NCBI GenBank assembly: GCA_964016885.1
Contig: OZ024742.1
Coordinates: 140,802,001 to 140,866,000, forward strand
DNA length: 64,000 bases
Direction of reading: 5' to 3'
From: Eledone cirrhosa
Taxonomy: Eukaryota
The notes below the pieces were generated by a model. It was not told the origin of the DNA. It made no database searches and saw only the letters and a program-made list of their open reading frames with translations. The position numbers and the translations under genes are program-made. Every line of letters begins with the position of its first letter. The stretch's first letter is position 1. Below, in pieces: positions 12,531 to 23,493 of this stretch.

Positions 12531-12534
<4 letters not shown>

Positions 12535-12579
<45 letters not shown>
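12535..12579. repeat. (TA)n microsatellite
   Basis: Directly visible. Confidence 0.95.
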
Positions 12580-12619
12580 CAAGAGAGAGAGAGAGATTAC
12601 ATAGATATAGATACGGTTA

Positions 12620-13193
12620 AGCTTGAAGGTGATCTTTGACTTGCACTTGAGATAGGTTTGATGCCGAATGCTGTATGGCTGAAATGAAAATCAGATCAGT
12701 GCTACGAAAACTGAGACACTTGTCCTCTCAAGGAAGCCCGTGCAGTGCACTCTACATGTGAATAGAGTTCCACTGAAGCAGGTGTAGCAGTTCAAGTATC
12801 TCAGGGTCGTGTTCACGAGTGATGAAAGGCAGGAACTGGTGCAGTAATGCATCAGCTTCAGTATTCGATAATCAGAAGGGAGGTAGTTGCTCCAGATAGA
12901 GCTGCTACTTCTTTGAATTGATAGATCACAGCTCTGGTTCTATGGGCATGGGGTTAGGATGTCTCAAAAAAGAATCACTGGACACAGTTTATGGGCCAAA
13001 ACCAACTGACAGGAGACCTAAGGGTAGACCCTGAGCAAAATGGTTAGATAACATCCATGAGCTCAGCTGGTCTCACTTGGAGTTCAAACCAGATCAGTTG
13101 GAAAGGGTTGCCCCAGACAGGACCCCCTAGAAGGAGTGTTTGAGGACTCTACCCCAACGTCCCTCTCTGGGAATAAGTGGGTGAAGAAGAACA

Positions 13194-13195
<2 letters not shown>
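12620..13195 (+). mobile_element. 5'-truncated Expander/RTE-1-like LINE relic with (GAA)n tail, no PHD insert
   Basis: KTETLVLSRKPVQCTLHVNRVPLKQV*QFKYLRVVFTSDERQE, then LWFYGH-like and RRPKGRP motifs; ends GGGTGAAGAAGAA. Second copy at 28435-28770 (-). Confidence 0.75.

Positions 13196-13251
<56 letters not shown>
13196..13251. repeat. (TA)n microsatellite
   Basis: Directly visible. Confidence 0.95.
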
Positions 13252-13255
<4 letters not shown>

Positions 13256-13348
13256 GTATACATGTAGGTGATCTATTAGGGTATAATATGCAATGAAGAA
13301 TAAGTATGCAAAATGGTAGTTTACAACAATTTGGATAAATTGCATTCT

Positions 13349-13395
<47 letters not shown>

Positions 13396-13397
<2 letters not shown>

Positions 13398-13590
13398 TGT
13401 AAAGTGGTCATGTAGGTGTCACGAGAAAAAGTACCCAGCACACACTGTAAATATGGTTGGTGTTAGGAAGGGCATCAAACCGTAGAAATAGTTCTGTATG
13501 AGCAAGACATGGTCAGCTAACCTGACTTGCCTCAAACAGGACAACCCATCTAACCCAAGCTAGCGTGGAAAATTGACATTCAACGATGAT
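13396..13590 (+). mobile_element. Extremely 5'-truncated RTE 3' UTR copy embedded in (TA)n
   Basis: CTGTAAAGTGGTCATGTAGGTGTCACG...GTTAGGAAGGGCATC...AACCCAAGCTAGCGTGGAAA...GATGAT, with TA arrays on both sides. Confidence 0.85.
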
Positions 13591-13757
13591 ATATATATAT
13601 ATATAATATATATATATATATAGAGAGAGAGAGTCTGTGGTTCTGAGTCCAACAAGAATACTAATCATGGGAGTACTTGATACATGGGGAGATGCAGAGT
13701 GGGTACAGAGATATGTAAAATCTAAACTGTGGCACCAAGTGGTTGGGATTTTAGATA

Positions 13758-13812
<55 letters not shown>

Positions 13813-13814
<2 letters not shown>

Positions 13815-16750
13815 CATGGAGGCTATGGGTTTGGTACTAGAAATGAGGAAGGCTCCAGAATTCTGGAATACTGTGATGCAAATAACCTAACTATCTGTAA
13901 CACTAACTTCAAAAAACGTGACAATCACCTGATTACCTATAGATCCGGGGAACACACAAGCCAGGTAGATTATATCCTTACCAGAAGACGTGACAGAGTG
14001 TCTGTTGTAAACACTAAATCCCTCCCCCATGAAGAATGCACCTCCCAACATAGACTGATAATTAGCGACCTCACAGTCAGGACGAGACGTACCCGACAGC
14101 AGAAGAGGACTATCCTCAGGAGGAAAATATGGAAACTAAAGGACCCCACAGCCAGAAATAAATTTCAAAGCATATTACTTGATGCTTTCGACAGTAAGGA
14201 AGAGCATCTAGAATCGGACAATATAGAGGGACAGTGGAAATTTCTGAAAGCAAACCTGCTGTTGGCGACAGACGAAGTCTGTGGCTGGAGCAGGCCTGTA
14301 GGCAGGAGGAGAGTAACATGGTGGTGGAACAATAGGGTGGAGGGGTCAATTAAGGCCAAAAAGCAGGCTTGGAAAGTATGGCGGGATGGGGGAAGTAGAG
14401 TAGACTATCAAGTGGCCAGGAGGGAAGCTAGGAGAGAAGTGTACTTAGCAAGAAGGGAAGCTGAGGAAAGAAAGTTCAAGCATGTTCTACAACGCGATGA
14501 CCAAAAACGTGAGGTGTTCAGGATTGCCAGGCAATGCGTCAAGGAAAACCGTGATATTGTCGGGGAGAAGTGTGTACTTAACGATGATGGCATACTTGCC
14601 ATCACCGACACTGATAAGAAGGTAGCTTGGAAGTGTCACTATGAAAGGCTACTAAATGAGGAGAATAAATGGGAGAAAGACAGTCTCCCCCATATCGACC
14701 CGATAGAGGGACCAGCAGTGTTAGTCGAGGGGAGTATAATAAGTAAGGCAATCAAGGATATGAAGACTGGTAAGGCGGCTGGGCCTTCGGAAATAGTTGC
14801 TGAGATGCTGAAGGCATCTGGCACGGTGGGACACACCATGGTCACCCGCATAGTTAACCAAGTCGTACAGAATGGGGTTGTTCCGAAGGACTGGCATAGC
14901 AGCATCATCGTTAACTGTTATAAGGGTAAAGGAGACGCCCTAGATAGGAGTAACCATAGAGGCATTAAATTAATCGACCAGGTCATGAAGGTCACGGAAA
15001 AAGTAATAGCGCAACTAATCAGAGAGAGAATTGATCTAGATGAAATGCAGTTCGGGTTTGTGTCAGGCAAAAGCACCACAGACGCTCTTTTCATAGTACG
15101 ACAACTACAGAAGAAGTACCTAGCTAAAGGTAAACCCCTCTACTTAGCTTTTGTCGACCTGGAGAAAGCCTTCGACAGAGTCCCCCGCTCCATTATCTGG
15201 TGGGCTCTTAGAAAACTAGGCGTTGACGAATGGCTTGTGAGGGCTATACAAGCCATGTATAAAGAAACAGTCAGCAAGGTTAGAATTAACAACGAATATA
15301 GTGAAGAGTTTAGCGTAAAAGTTGGCGTCCATCAGGGCTCTGTTCTCAGCCCCCTACTATTTATTATTGCCCTTCAGGCTATAACAGAGGAGTTCAAGAC
15401 AGGCTGCCCATGGGAACTCCTATACGCAGACGACCTGACACTCATAGCGGAATCAATGGCCGAGCTAGAGAAGAAATTCCAAACATGGAAGCACGGCCTA
15501 GAGTCAAAAGGACTTAAAATTAACCTGGCTAAGACCAAAGTTCTAGTTTGTAGGAAAGAAAACAAGGCGGCGGTCCCTTCTGGGAAATGGTCGTGCTCGG
15601 TATGTAGGAAAGGCGTAGGTAGAAACTCCATCTTATGTCCTAAATGCAAAGTATGGGTGCATAAAAGATGTAGTGGGATCACAGGTAAGCTAACTAAGAA
15701 CATAGACTTTACATGTGGCCGGTGTTCTGGTGCAATAAGTAGCAGCAAGTGCCCACAAAATACTAGCTCTTTCAATTGCGCAGAGGGTTCTATAGAAATA
15801 GTGGACAGCTTCCGTTACCTGGGCGATAAAATCAGCAGTGGGGGAGGGTGCTCTGAAAGTACTGTAGCTAGAGTCAGAACTGGTTGGAAAAAGTTCAGAG
15901 AGCTTATACCACTATTAGCTGCTAAAGGGTTCTCCCTAAAAATGAAAGGCAGGTTGTACGATGCCTGCATACGAACAGCAATGTTGCATGGTAGTGAGAG
16001 CTGGGCATTGTGTGCAGAGGATATACGCAGACTAGAGAGGAACGAAGCTTGCATGCTCCGCTGGATGTGTAACAGTAATATACGTGAACGGCAAAGCATA
16101 AACGAACTAAGGAAAAAATTAGAGATAAGAGGGATCAGATGTTGTTTACTCGAGAGAAGGCTGCGTTGGTATGGACACGTGATGCGCATGAAAGTCGATA
16201 GCTGTATTACAAAGTGCAGGGCAATAAAGATAGACGGTAGCCACGGAATAGGCAGACCTAGAAAAACATGGGATGAGCTGATAAACTCCGACCTCACACA
16301 CTTACACCTCTCCAAGACAATGTCACTGGACCGTGACCTTTGGCGGTACTCAGTAACAGAGAAGACCCGCCTTGCCAGTAGGCATCTCTAACAAACTACA
16401 CCCCGTCCTGCCACCACCCCCACCCCATCCACACCACCCCGTTCTATGTAAAGTTATGTTGGTGCCGCGCCATCCAGGCCGAAACAAATGAGATCGTGTA
16501 GGTGTCACGACAAAAAAACACACAGTCCACGCTGTAATGTGGCCGTGTAGGCAACACGGTAAAAACCTCCCAGACCCACACTGTAAATATGGTTGGTGTT
16601 AGGAAGGGCATCCAACTGTAGAAAACCTGCCAGACAGTCCTATGCGAGCAAGACAATCACTCTTGCCTCAAGTGGGACTACCCCCGTCCAAACCCATGCA
16701 AGCGTGGAACACGGACGTTAAACGTTGATGATGATGATGATGATGATGAT
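13813..16750 (+). mobile_element. RTE-clade LINE copy 1 (subfamily a), 5'-truncated within the endonuclease
   Basis: APE C-terminal motifs (SQVDYIL, SQHRL), RT motifs ([29 protein letters not shown]), C-terminal GRPRKTW, 3' UTR and (TGA)n tail; (TA)n on both sides. Confidence 0.95.
13815..16391 (+). CDS. RTE ORF (partial APE, RT with embedded PHD finger); stop-free from the truncation point
   Basis: The 797-aa ORF at 13998 extends in frame upstream for 61 codons (HGGYGFGTRNEEG...) to the (TA)n junction. No native start codon, so it is a truncated remnant rather than an expressed gene. Confidence 0.85.
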   Translation, partial: HGGYGFGTRNEEGSRILEYCDANNLTICNTNFKKRDNHLITYRSGEHTSQVDYILTRRRDRVSVVNTKSLPHEECTSQHRLIISDLTVRTRRTRQQKRTILRRKIWKLKDPTARNKFQSILLDAFDSKEEHLESDNIEGQWKFLKANLLLATDEVCGWSRPVGRRRVTWWWNNRVEGSIKAKKQAWKVWRDGGSRVDYQVARREARREVYLARREAEERKFKHVLQRDDQKREVFRIARQCVKENRDIVGEKCVLNDDGILAITDTDKKVAWKCHYERLLNEENKWEKDSLPHIDPIEGPAVLVEGSIISKAIKDMKTGKAAGPSEIVAEMLKASGTVGHTMVTRIVNQVVQNGVVPKDWHSSIIVNCYKGKGDALDRSNHRGIKLIDQVMKVTEKVIAQLIRERIDLDEMQFGFVSGKSTTDALFIVRQLQKKYLAKGKPLYLAFVDLEKAFDRVPRSIIWWALRKLGVDEWLVRAIQAMYKETVSKVRINNEYSEEFSVKVGVHQGSVLSPLLFIIALQAITEEFKTGCPWELLYADDLTLIAESMAELEKKFQTWKHGLESKGLKINLAKTKVLVCRKENKAAVPSGKWSCSVCRKGVGRNSILCPKCKVWVHKRCSGITGKLTKNIDFTCGRCSGAISSSKCPQNTSSFNCAEGSIEIVDSFRYLGDKISSGGGCSESTVARVRTGWKKFRELIPLLAAKGFSLKMKGRLYDACIRTAMLHGSESWALCAEDIRRLERNEACMLRWMCNSNIRERQSINELRKKLEIRGIRCCLLERRLRWYGHVMRMKVDSCITKCRAIKIDGSHGIGRPRKTWDELINSDLTHLHLSKTMSLDRDLWRYSVTEKTRLASRHL

Positions 16751-16789
16751 ATATATATATATATTATCTCCTAGGCCTAATAATTAATT

Positions 16790-17368
16790 AATTAATTAGA
16801 CAATACCATTGATTGATTGATTATTTATGTTTGTTTAATAATGCCTGGTCGAGAGCTTATTATTCGGTTTATGCAGGGAACACAATTCCCTTGTCCACAT
16901 TTGGAATTTGCCCGCCCCAAAACCCGGGGTTATTTCCCTTGTTGGGAAAACGCACGTGATAGTTGAGGCATTAGCCACTGCTAACAACAGTGGCTTACTA
17001 CTTCATACCACACCGGGTCAAGGCACAGAACAGAAACCTGTTGATAACATGAATCCTCACTTCGGTCTTCAAACACCAAAACTTGCATACTTGCGCAAGC
17101 AGGATTGTTGATTTTGGATTCATAGAAACCTATCGGAGAAACGACGATCTGCCTCTGAGATAGTCCAGGTTTGTTTTATTAACCTGTTGGTTTTCTCGTT
17201 GCTTCGGTGTCGTGGCTAAGTTTGCCTGCCACAGTTTTCAATTTGTCATGCCGTCTAATGAATGTTATTACTCTGAGATTCCTCATGGAGTGCTTGGCTG
17301 CATAATTCCTCATTGTATCTTGTTGGCTTGGCTACAGCTGAAGCTTCGATTTTACTAAACTTCCATTT
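16790..17368. other. Unclassified, comparatively GC- and CpG-rich insert between TA tracts
   Basis: Composition differs from the flanks; three adjacent small hairpins at 16921-16995; no recognisable ORF. Confidence 0.35.
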
Positions 17369-17378
17369 ATATATATAT

Positions 17379-17542
17379 AGTAAATGGGGTTGGCATTAGG
17401 AAGGACATCAAACCATAGAAACCTAGCTAGAAACTTCTATATGAGCAAGAAACAGTCACCTGACCCAACTTGCCTCTAATGGGATAACCCGTCTAACCCA
17501 TGCTAGCATGAAAACTGGATGTTAAACAATGATGATGATGAT
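17379..17542 (+). mobile_element. RTE 3' tail-only copy
   Basis: Follows (TA)n; GTTGGCATTAGGAAGGACATC...CCCGTCTAACCCATGCTAGCATG...GATGATGATG. Confidence 0.85.
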
Positions 17543-19379
17543 ATACTGTTACTCAGAAAATATAAGCTTTCCTTTTGAAAAAGCTGATGCATGTTTTGTG
17601 TGTGCATATGTGTTGTATATGTATATATGTGTATGTTGTATATATATGTGTGTGTGCATGTATTGCATGTATATGTGTGTATATGTATTAAAAATAAAAA
17701 CTGAAAGTCAACAAATAGTAAAACCTGTTTCTAAATGTATATGCAATAATTCATGTTTTCTGGGTTAAAAATGAACTACATGATAGTTATGTATAATTGA
17801 CAGTTTAGATAAACTACCAATAATATTCTGCTCATCATGATATATTTGGATTTCATGATTGGAATAACCTTAACTATGGAAAGAAATGATAGACTTAATC
17901 AAAATCTTCAACAATGAAACAAAATGTTGCTCTATTTTAAGTTGTGATTATATCACAACTATATCAACATTGACATTAGACAGGTGGATGTATGCATTTC
18001 ATAGTCATCAGCACTCCCTTACATTTAGATGCCATGCTATAGAACACAATATTGTGTCATAGATTCCATAAAGAAACTATTCTTTGTGTAGGCTTATTTA
18101 TATATAATGCAAGCTTGATCAGCTAATATCAAATATTGATAGCATTAATAAATTCATTTAGAATAAAAGCATATATGAACCCATACATAATATATTTATG
18201 TATAATAAACATTGGAACATTTAGCTGTAATTTACAAACAATTCTCTGCCACCATAATTTTAATAAGACATTAAATGAAGCAAAAATTGTTTTAGGGAGA
18301 GATTTAATTCATTTATAAAAAAATATTATAAATATTTATATAATTGTATTAAAATACACCTTATCTTGTGGAACAACAATGTTTTCACAGAACCCACCTT
18401 GGGAACCAATTGTTGAGAGAATAAACGAATTAAAAATGCTTTTCATGTGAAAAAAAAGTATATAGAATTAATAGGTAAACGATGCTAAAACATCAGTTCA
18501 TCACATGGCAGAAGATGACTGAAGTCAAACCAATATAAAGTATTTTGATTATTTGATGAGTGAATGGAAAATACATTCTAAATCAGTATTAGAAAAACCA
18601 AACTACTTTGGTATGTAAATTGAATTTCTATATTATTCTATACAACTATGAACTGTGTACACCACTTTCTTAATCAATGTACAAGACTTGTACATACATT
18701 TTCTACTGAAACAGTGAAAATGAACAATTTAAATAAAAATCAGTGTTTTTCTATTAATGTAATTTATAATTTGTACATAATTGTACAAATTATACTGTAC
18801 ACAATAATTTCATTATTATTATTATTATTATAAGAAACATGTTAAGTGCACAAAATATTTCTATGAAATTAAATTTCTTATATACTATTAACATATTACA
18901 ACAGAATGCAAGGCAACTAATAGCTGAAAATATATTAACACTATTAATAAGAAATAAGCAAGTAGATGGTTTTTTTGAAAAGTTTATAAGGAAGAAAATG
19001 TCAAAGCACCATATTATGAGTTGTAAATTGTGTTGAAATGTTAAAATATGATAATGTTTTATGTAAGTACATTTAAAAGAACAATGATTTTAGTTTTTCA
19101 TGTATAAAACAAAGTTAAACTGCCTCAGCTAATAAATTTCAGCTGTACTGTTGTTTCTTAGTTCAAGGAAGAGGACAAAACAAAGAGTCTTTTTAGGTTA
19201 CTATAGATAGATATTAAAGTTTAGACAATTAGTTTAGCATTTCCAAATTGGAAATTTTATTGTTGAAACTGCAGGATAAAAATGCATTTAGAATGAACCA
19301 AATAAATCAATCCAGAAGTTTAACTTTGTAGATAATTAGAGAGGTCACAATTTCATTGATGCCACTTTATGCTCCCGGT

Positions 19380-19620
19380 AGACAGAATGGTAAATACACT
19401 ACAATGGATTGCAGAGGAAGATGAGAATAGAACTAGTGATGGATGTTGTGAAGAGAAATGGAATAAGATGGTTGGGTCTTGTGTTAAGAAAGGCTGAGGA
19501 TGAAAGGAATTGATAGAAATGACTGTAGAAGAAAGTAAAAGAAGAGGATGACCAAGAAAGACATGGGGGTGAAGAGGATGAGAGAAAATAGAGACTAAGA
19601 TTTGCTTCAGCAGGAATAAT
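19380..19620 (+). mobile_element. Old RTE 3' ORF relic
   Basis: VVKRNGIRWLGLVLRKAEDE...MTVEESKRRG*PRKTW. Confidence 0.65.
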
Positions 19621-20060
19621 GGTCTGAAATGCTTGTTACTGTTGCTCTTTGTGATGTTATTAATGATCACAGTACTGTATCTTCAGTGGGTCGACTCGTT
19701 AACACCCATAGGCTGAAGAATATTGATGACTTGTAGTTTTGGCTGGGAGCTTGTCCTTTGTACTGCATAATAGATAATATATATTTTAACAAATTTCAAT
19801 AATATGAGTTAACATTGACAGTCCAATTACCTGGCTTGACTGATTAACCTTTTCATGACCATATTCGTAATGAAATACATAAAGTGTATTTTAAGTAATT
19901 AATGATGAATTTGGAGAGACTTACTAAACTTAATTATTTTAATATAAAGATAGAATTTGTATCATACCTCAGCTCAAAGTTCTTATATAAAATTATGTCA
20001 GAAGATATTAAATTAAATAGGAACTCTTTAAAATAGGTGGGTTTGTTTCATATAATCAGG

Positions 20061-23000
20061 CTAGATGGAGAGGAGAGTCTGCTAGAGTCCTTGTAGGAAA
20101 AAGTCAGTGCTACAGATTTTTATGGATGGGAAATGACGATGGGATGGGTGGTGTAGGTATACTACTAGCTGACAAGTGGGTAGATAAAGTAATATCAGTG
20201 TACAGGGTAAATGCAAGAATCATTAAACTCAGACTAGTCCTGAATAAAACAATTACCACAATAATATCAGCTTACGCACCCCAATCGGGGTTGCCAGACA
20301 AACTTAAGGATAGGTTTTACGAGTCCCTAATGCACACTACTGCTCTAACAAACGACAATGACTTCCTAATCATCGCAGGAGATTTTAACGGACACGTAGG
20401 TAAACACTGTGATGGCTTCAATAGAGTCCATGGAGGCCACGGGGTTGGCACAAGAAATGAAGAAGGATTCAGACTTCTAGAATTCTGCGACGCCAATGAC
20501 ATGTCGATATGTAACAAAAACTTCAAAAAAGCCGACAACCACCTGATCACCTATAGATCAGGGGAGCATTTGAGTCAGATAGATTTTCTCCTCATCAGAG
20601 GACGTGACAGATGGACGGTCGTAAACACAAAAGCCTACCCTAGTGAGGAATGTACCTCCCAACATAGCTTAGTTGTCAGCGACCTCACGGTCAGAACTAG
20701 ACGAACCTGGAAACAGAGGCCAACCTGGAGAAGAAAGATCTGGAAGCTGAAAGACCCCTCAGCCAGTAACAGATTTAAAGATATTTTACTCAACGCCTAT
20801 GACAGTAAAGAAGAACATATAGAGACATTCAATGTAGAAGAGCACTGGGAGTTCCTAAAAAATAACTTACTAGAGGCGACGGATGAGATCTGTGGCTGGA
20901 GTAAGACCGCAAGCAGGAGGAGAGTGACTTGGTGGTGGAACAATAAGGTAGATGAGGCAGTTAAGGCCAAGAGACAGGCATGGAAAGAATGGAAGAACAG
21001 AGGGAGTAGGGTACATTACATAGAGATCAAGAGGGAAGCTAGGCGACAAGTATACTTAGCTAGGAGGGAAGCAGAGGATAGAAAATTCAAGCATGTTTTG
21101 CAACGCGAGGACCAGAAACAGGAGGTGTTCAATATTGCGAGGCAGTGTGTCAGAGAGAATTGTGATGTCATTGGAGAGAGGTGTATCTGGAATGATAAAG
21201 GTGAGCTTGCCCTCACAAGTGCTGAGAAGAAAGATGCATGAGGAGAATGCATGAGAAGAAGAGACCCTACCCCAAGTAGACCCTATAGAGGGGCCAGCAG
21301 TACAAGTCAGCAGCAGCGTAGTAAGTAAGGCAATCAAAGATATGAAGATGGGGAAGGCAACCGGTCCATCGGGTATAGCTGCCGAGATGCTGAAGGCATC
21401 TGGGTCTGTAGGTCACACTATAACCACATGTATTGTTAACCAGGTAATACTAGGTGTCATACCAAAAGATTGGTGCAGTAGCATCATTGTCAACTGCTAC
21501 AAAGGTAAAGGTGATGCACTAGATAGAGGAAACTATAGAGGTATAAAGCTGATGGACCAGGTCATGAAAGTAACAGAAAGAGTTATAGCACAGTTGATTA
21601 GGGACCGGGTGAAACTAGATGAGATGCAATTTGGGTTTGTACCAGGAAGAGGCACCACTGATGCCCTCTTCCTTGTGAGGCAGTTACAGGAAAAGTACCT
21701 AGCTAAAAGTAAGCCACTCTACCTGGCATTCGTCGATCTCGAGAAAGCCTTTGACAGAGTTCCACATGCTGTAATCTGGTGGGCTCTTAGAAAACTAGGA
21801 GTAGATGAATGGCTTGTGAAAGCTGTACAAGCCATGTATAGGGGAGCAGTCAGCAAAATTAGGATTAGCAATGAGAGTAGCAAGGAATTTAGCGTACAGG
21901 TTGGTGTCCACCAGGGCTCTGCTCTTAGCCCTCTCCTGTTCATCATAGTCCTGCAGGCAATAATGGAGGAGTTTAAGACTGGATGCCCATGGGAACTCCT
22001 GTATGCTGATGACCTCGCACTTATAGCTGAATCTATGGTAGAACTAGAGAAGAAATTCCAAACTTGGAAGCAGGGACTAGAAAGAAAGGGTCTCAAAGTC
22101 AACATGACAAAGACTAAGGTCCTTCTAAGTAGACGAGAAAACAGAACCCAGATCTCCTCAGGGAAATGGCCTTGCTCAGTATGTAGGAAAGGTGTAGGTA
22201 GGAACTCCATTCTCTGCCCCAAATGCAAACAATGGGTACACAAGAGATGTAGCAGGATCTCAGGAAGCTTAATTAAGAATGTAGGCTTCACATGCAGCAG
22301 CTGTGCTGAGACAGCAAGCAGCAAACAGCCACAGGAAACAAGTACCACCAATCTCTGGGAGGGCTCTGTAGAAACAGTAGACAGCTTCTGCTACCTAGGT
22401 GACCGAATTAGCAGCGGAGGTGGCTGTTCAGATAGTACGATAACTAGGGTAAGAACGGGATGGAAGAAGTTCAGGGAAGTACTGCCACTGCTAGCTGCAA
22501 AAGGCTTCTCCCTCAAAATGAAAGGCAGACTGTATGATGCGTGTATCCGAACAGCAATGTTACATGGTAGTGAGACCTGGGCGCTGAAGGTGGAAGACTT
22601 GTGTAGATTAGAAAGAAACGAAGCCTGCATGCTCCGATGGATGTGTAATAGTAATATACGCGAACGAGAAAGCATAAATGAATTGAGAGAGAGACTGAGC
22701 ATAAGAGGAATCAAATGCTGTGTGCAGGAGAGGCAGTTGCATTGGTATGGACATGTGATGCGTATGTGAAGGATGACAGCTGCATAAAAAAGTGCAGAGC
22801 ACTAGAAGTCGATGGAAACCGCGGAGTGGGGAGACCCAAGAAGACCTGGGATGAGGTGATAAAAGCCGACCTTACCCAATTACACCTCTCAAAGGCGATG
22901 ACACACGACATGACCTCTGGTGTCACGCAGTAATACAGAGAACCCAACCTCCCATGGGTACAAGCTGAAGCATATAGACACTATGCCCCCACACACTCCC

Positions 23001-23241
23001 ACTGCAAGGTGGTCGTGGAGGTGGCACGACAAAAAAGCACCCAGCCCACACTGTAAAGTGGACGTGTAGGTGCCACGGAAAAAACACCCAGCACTCACTG
23101 TAAACGAGGTTGGTGTTAGGAAGGGCATCCAGCTGTAGAAATCAAGCCAAAATCAGTTCCTGTATGAGCAAGGCATGGTCAGCTGACCAGACACTGCCCA
23201 CAACAGGACAACCCGTCTAACCCATGATGATGATGATGATG
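20061..23241 (+). mobile_element. RTE-clade LINE copy 2 (subfamily b), 5'-truncated, 7-bp TSD AATCAGG
   Basis: Starts at the (E)TRWRGESA motif of APE; ORFs 20126-21241 and 21342-22769; ends in (TGA)n; AATCAGG at 20054-20060 and 23242-23248. Confidence 0.95.
20126..22769 (+). pseudogene. Disrupted APE-RT-PHD ORF of RTE copy 2
   Basis: GVGIL, SAYAPQ, AGDFNGHVG, IDFLL and YADD motifs; about 30-bp deletion with a stop near 21240 relative to copy 5, and a frameshift near 22766. Confidence 0.9.
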
Positions 23242-23249
23242 AATCAGGA

Positions 23250-23493
23250 TTCACCCTTTCATTACCATATTTCTAATGAAATACACTGCCTTTAATTTTC
23301 AACCAACCTTGAAATTAATCAAAAATTTGAAGGGATTTGGTAATATAACTAACTTCTGCATTATCAAGCCAGTGTTTAGAACAGAACAAAGATTCTTACA
23401 TAAAATTATGATGGAAAAGTTTTTTTTTTAATAAATATAAACACTATAAAATGGTTTTGAATCATAAAAGGAATTTTGGTATCAAAAGGGTTA
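23250..23493. mobile_element. TTAA-type MITE, family P1
   Basis: TTCACCCTTTCATTACCATATTTC...GGTATCAAAAGGGTTAC; CCCTTT/AAAGGG termini. Confidence 0.7.

Noticed and set aside
21719-22351. Recurrent antisense ORFs of about 210 aa (also 42226-42855, 58940-59572, 15374-16315)
   Set aside because: Shadow frames of the RT ORF; they recur because the copies are homologous, and they show no independent motifs.
22995-23135. CRISPR-like appearance of short repeated hairpin units
   Set aside because: No unique spacers, no cas genes, eukaryotic context; this is a LINE 3' UTR.
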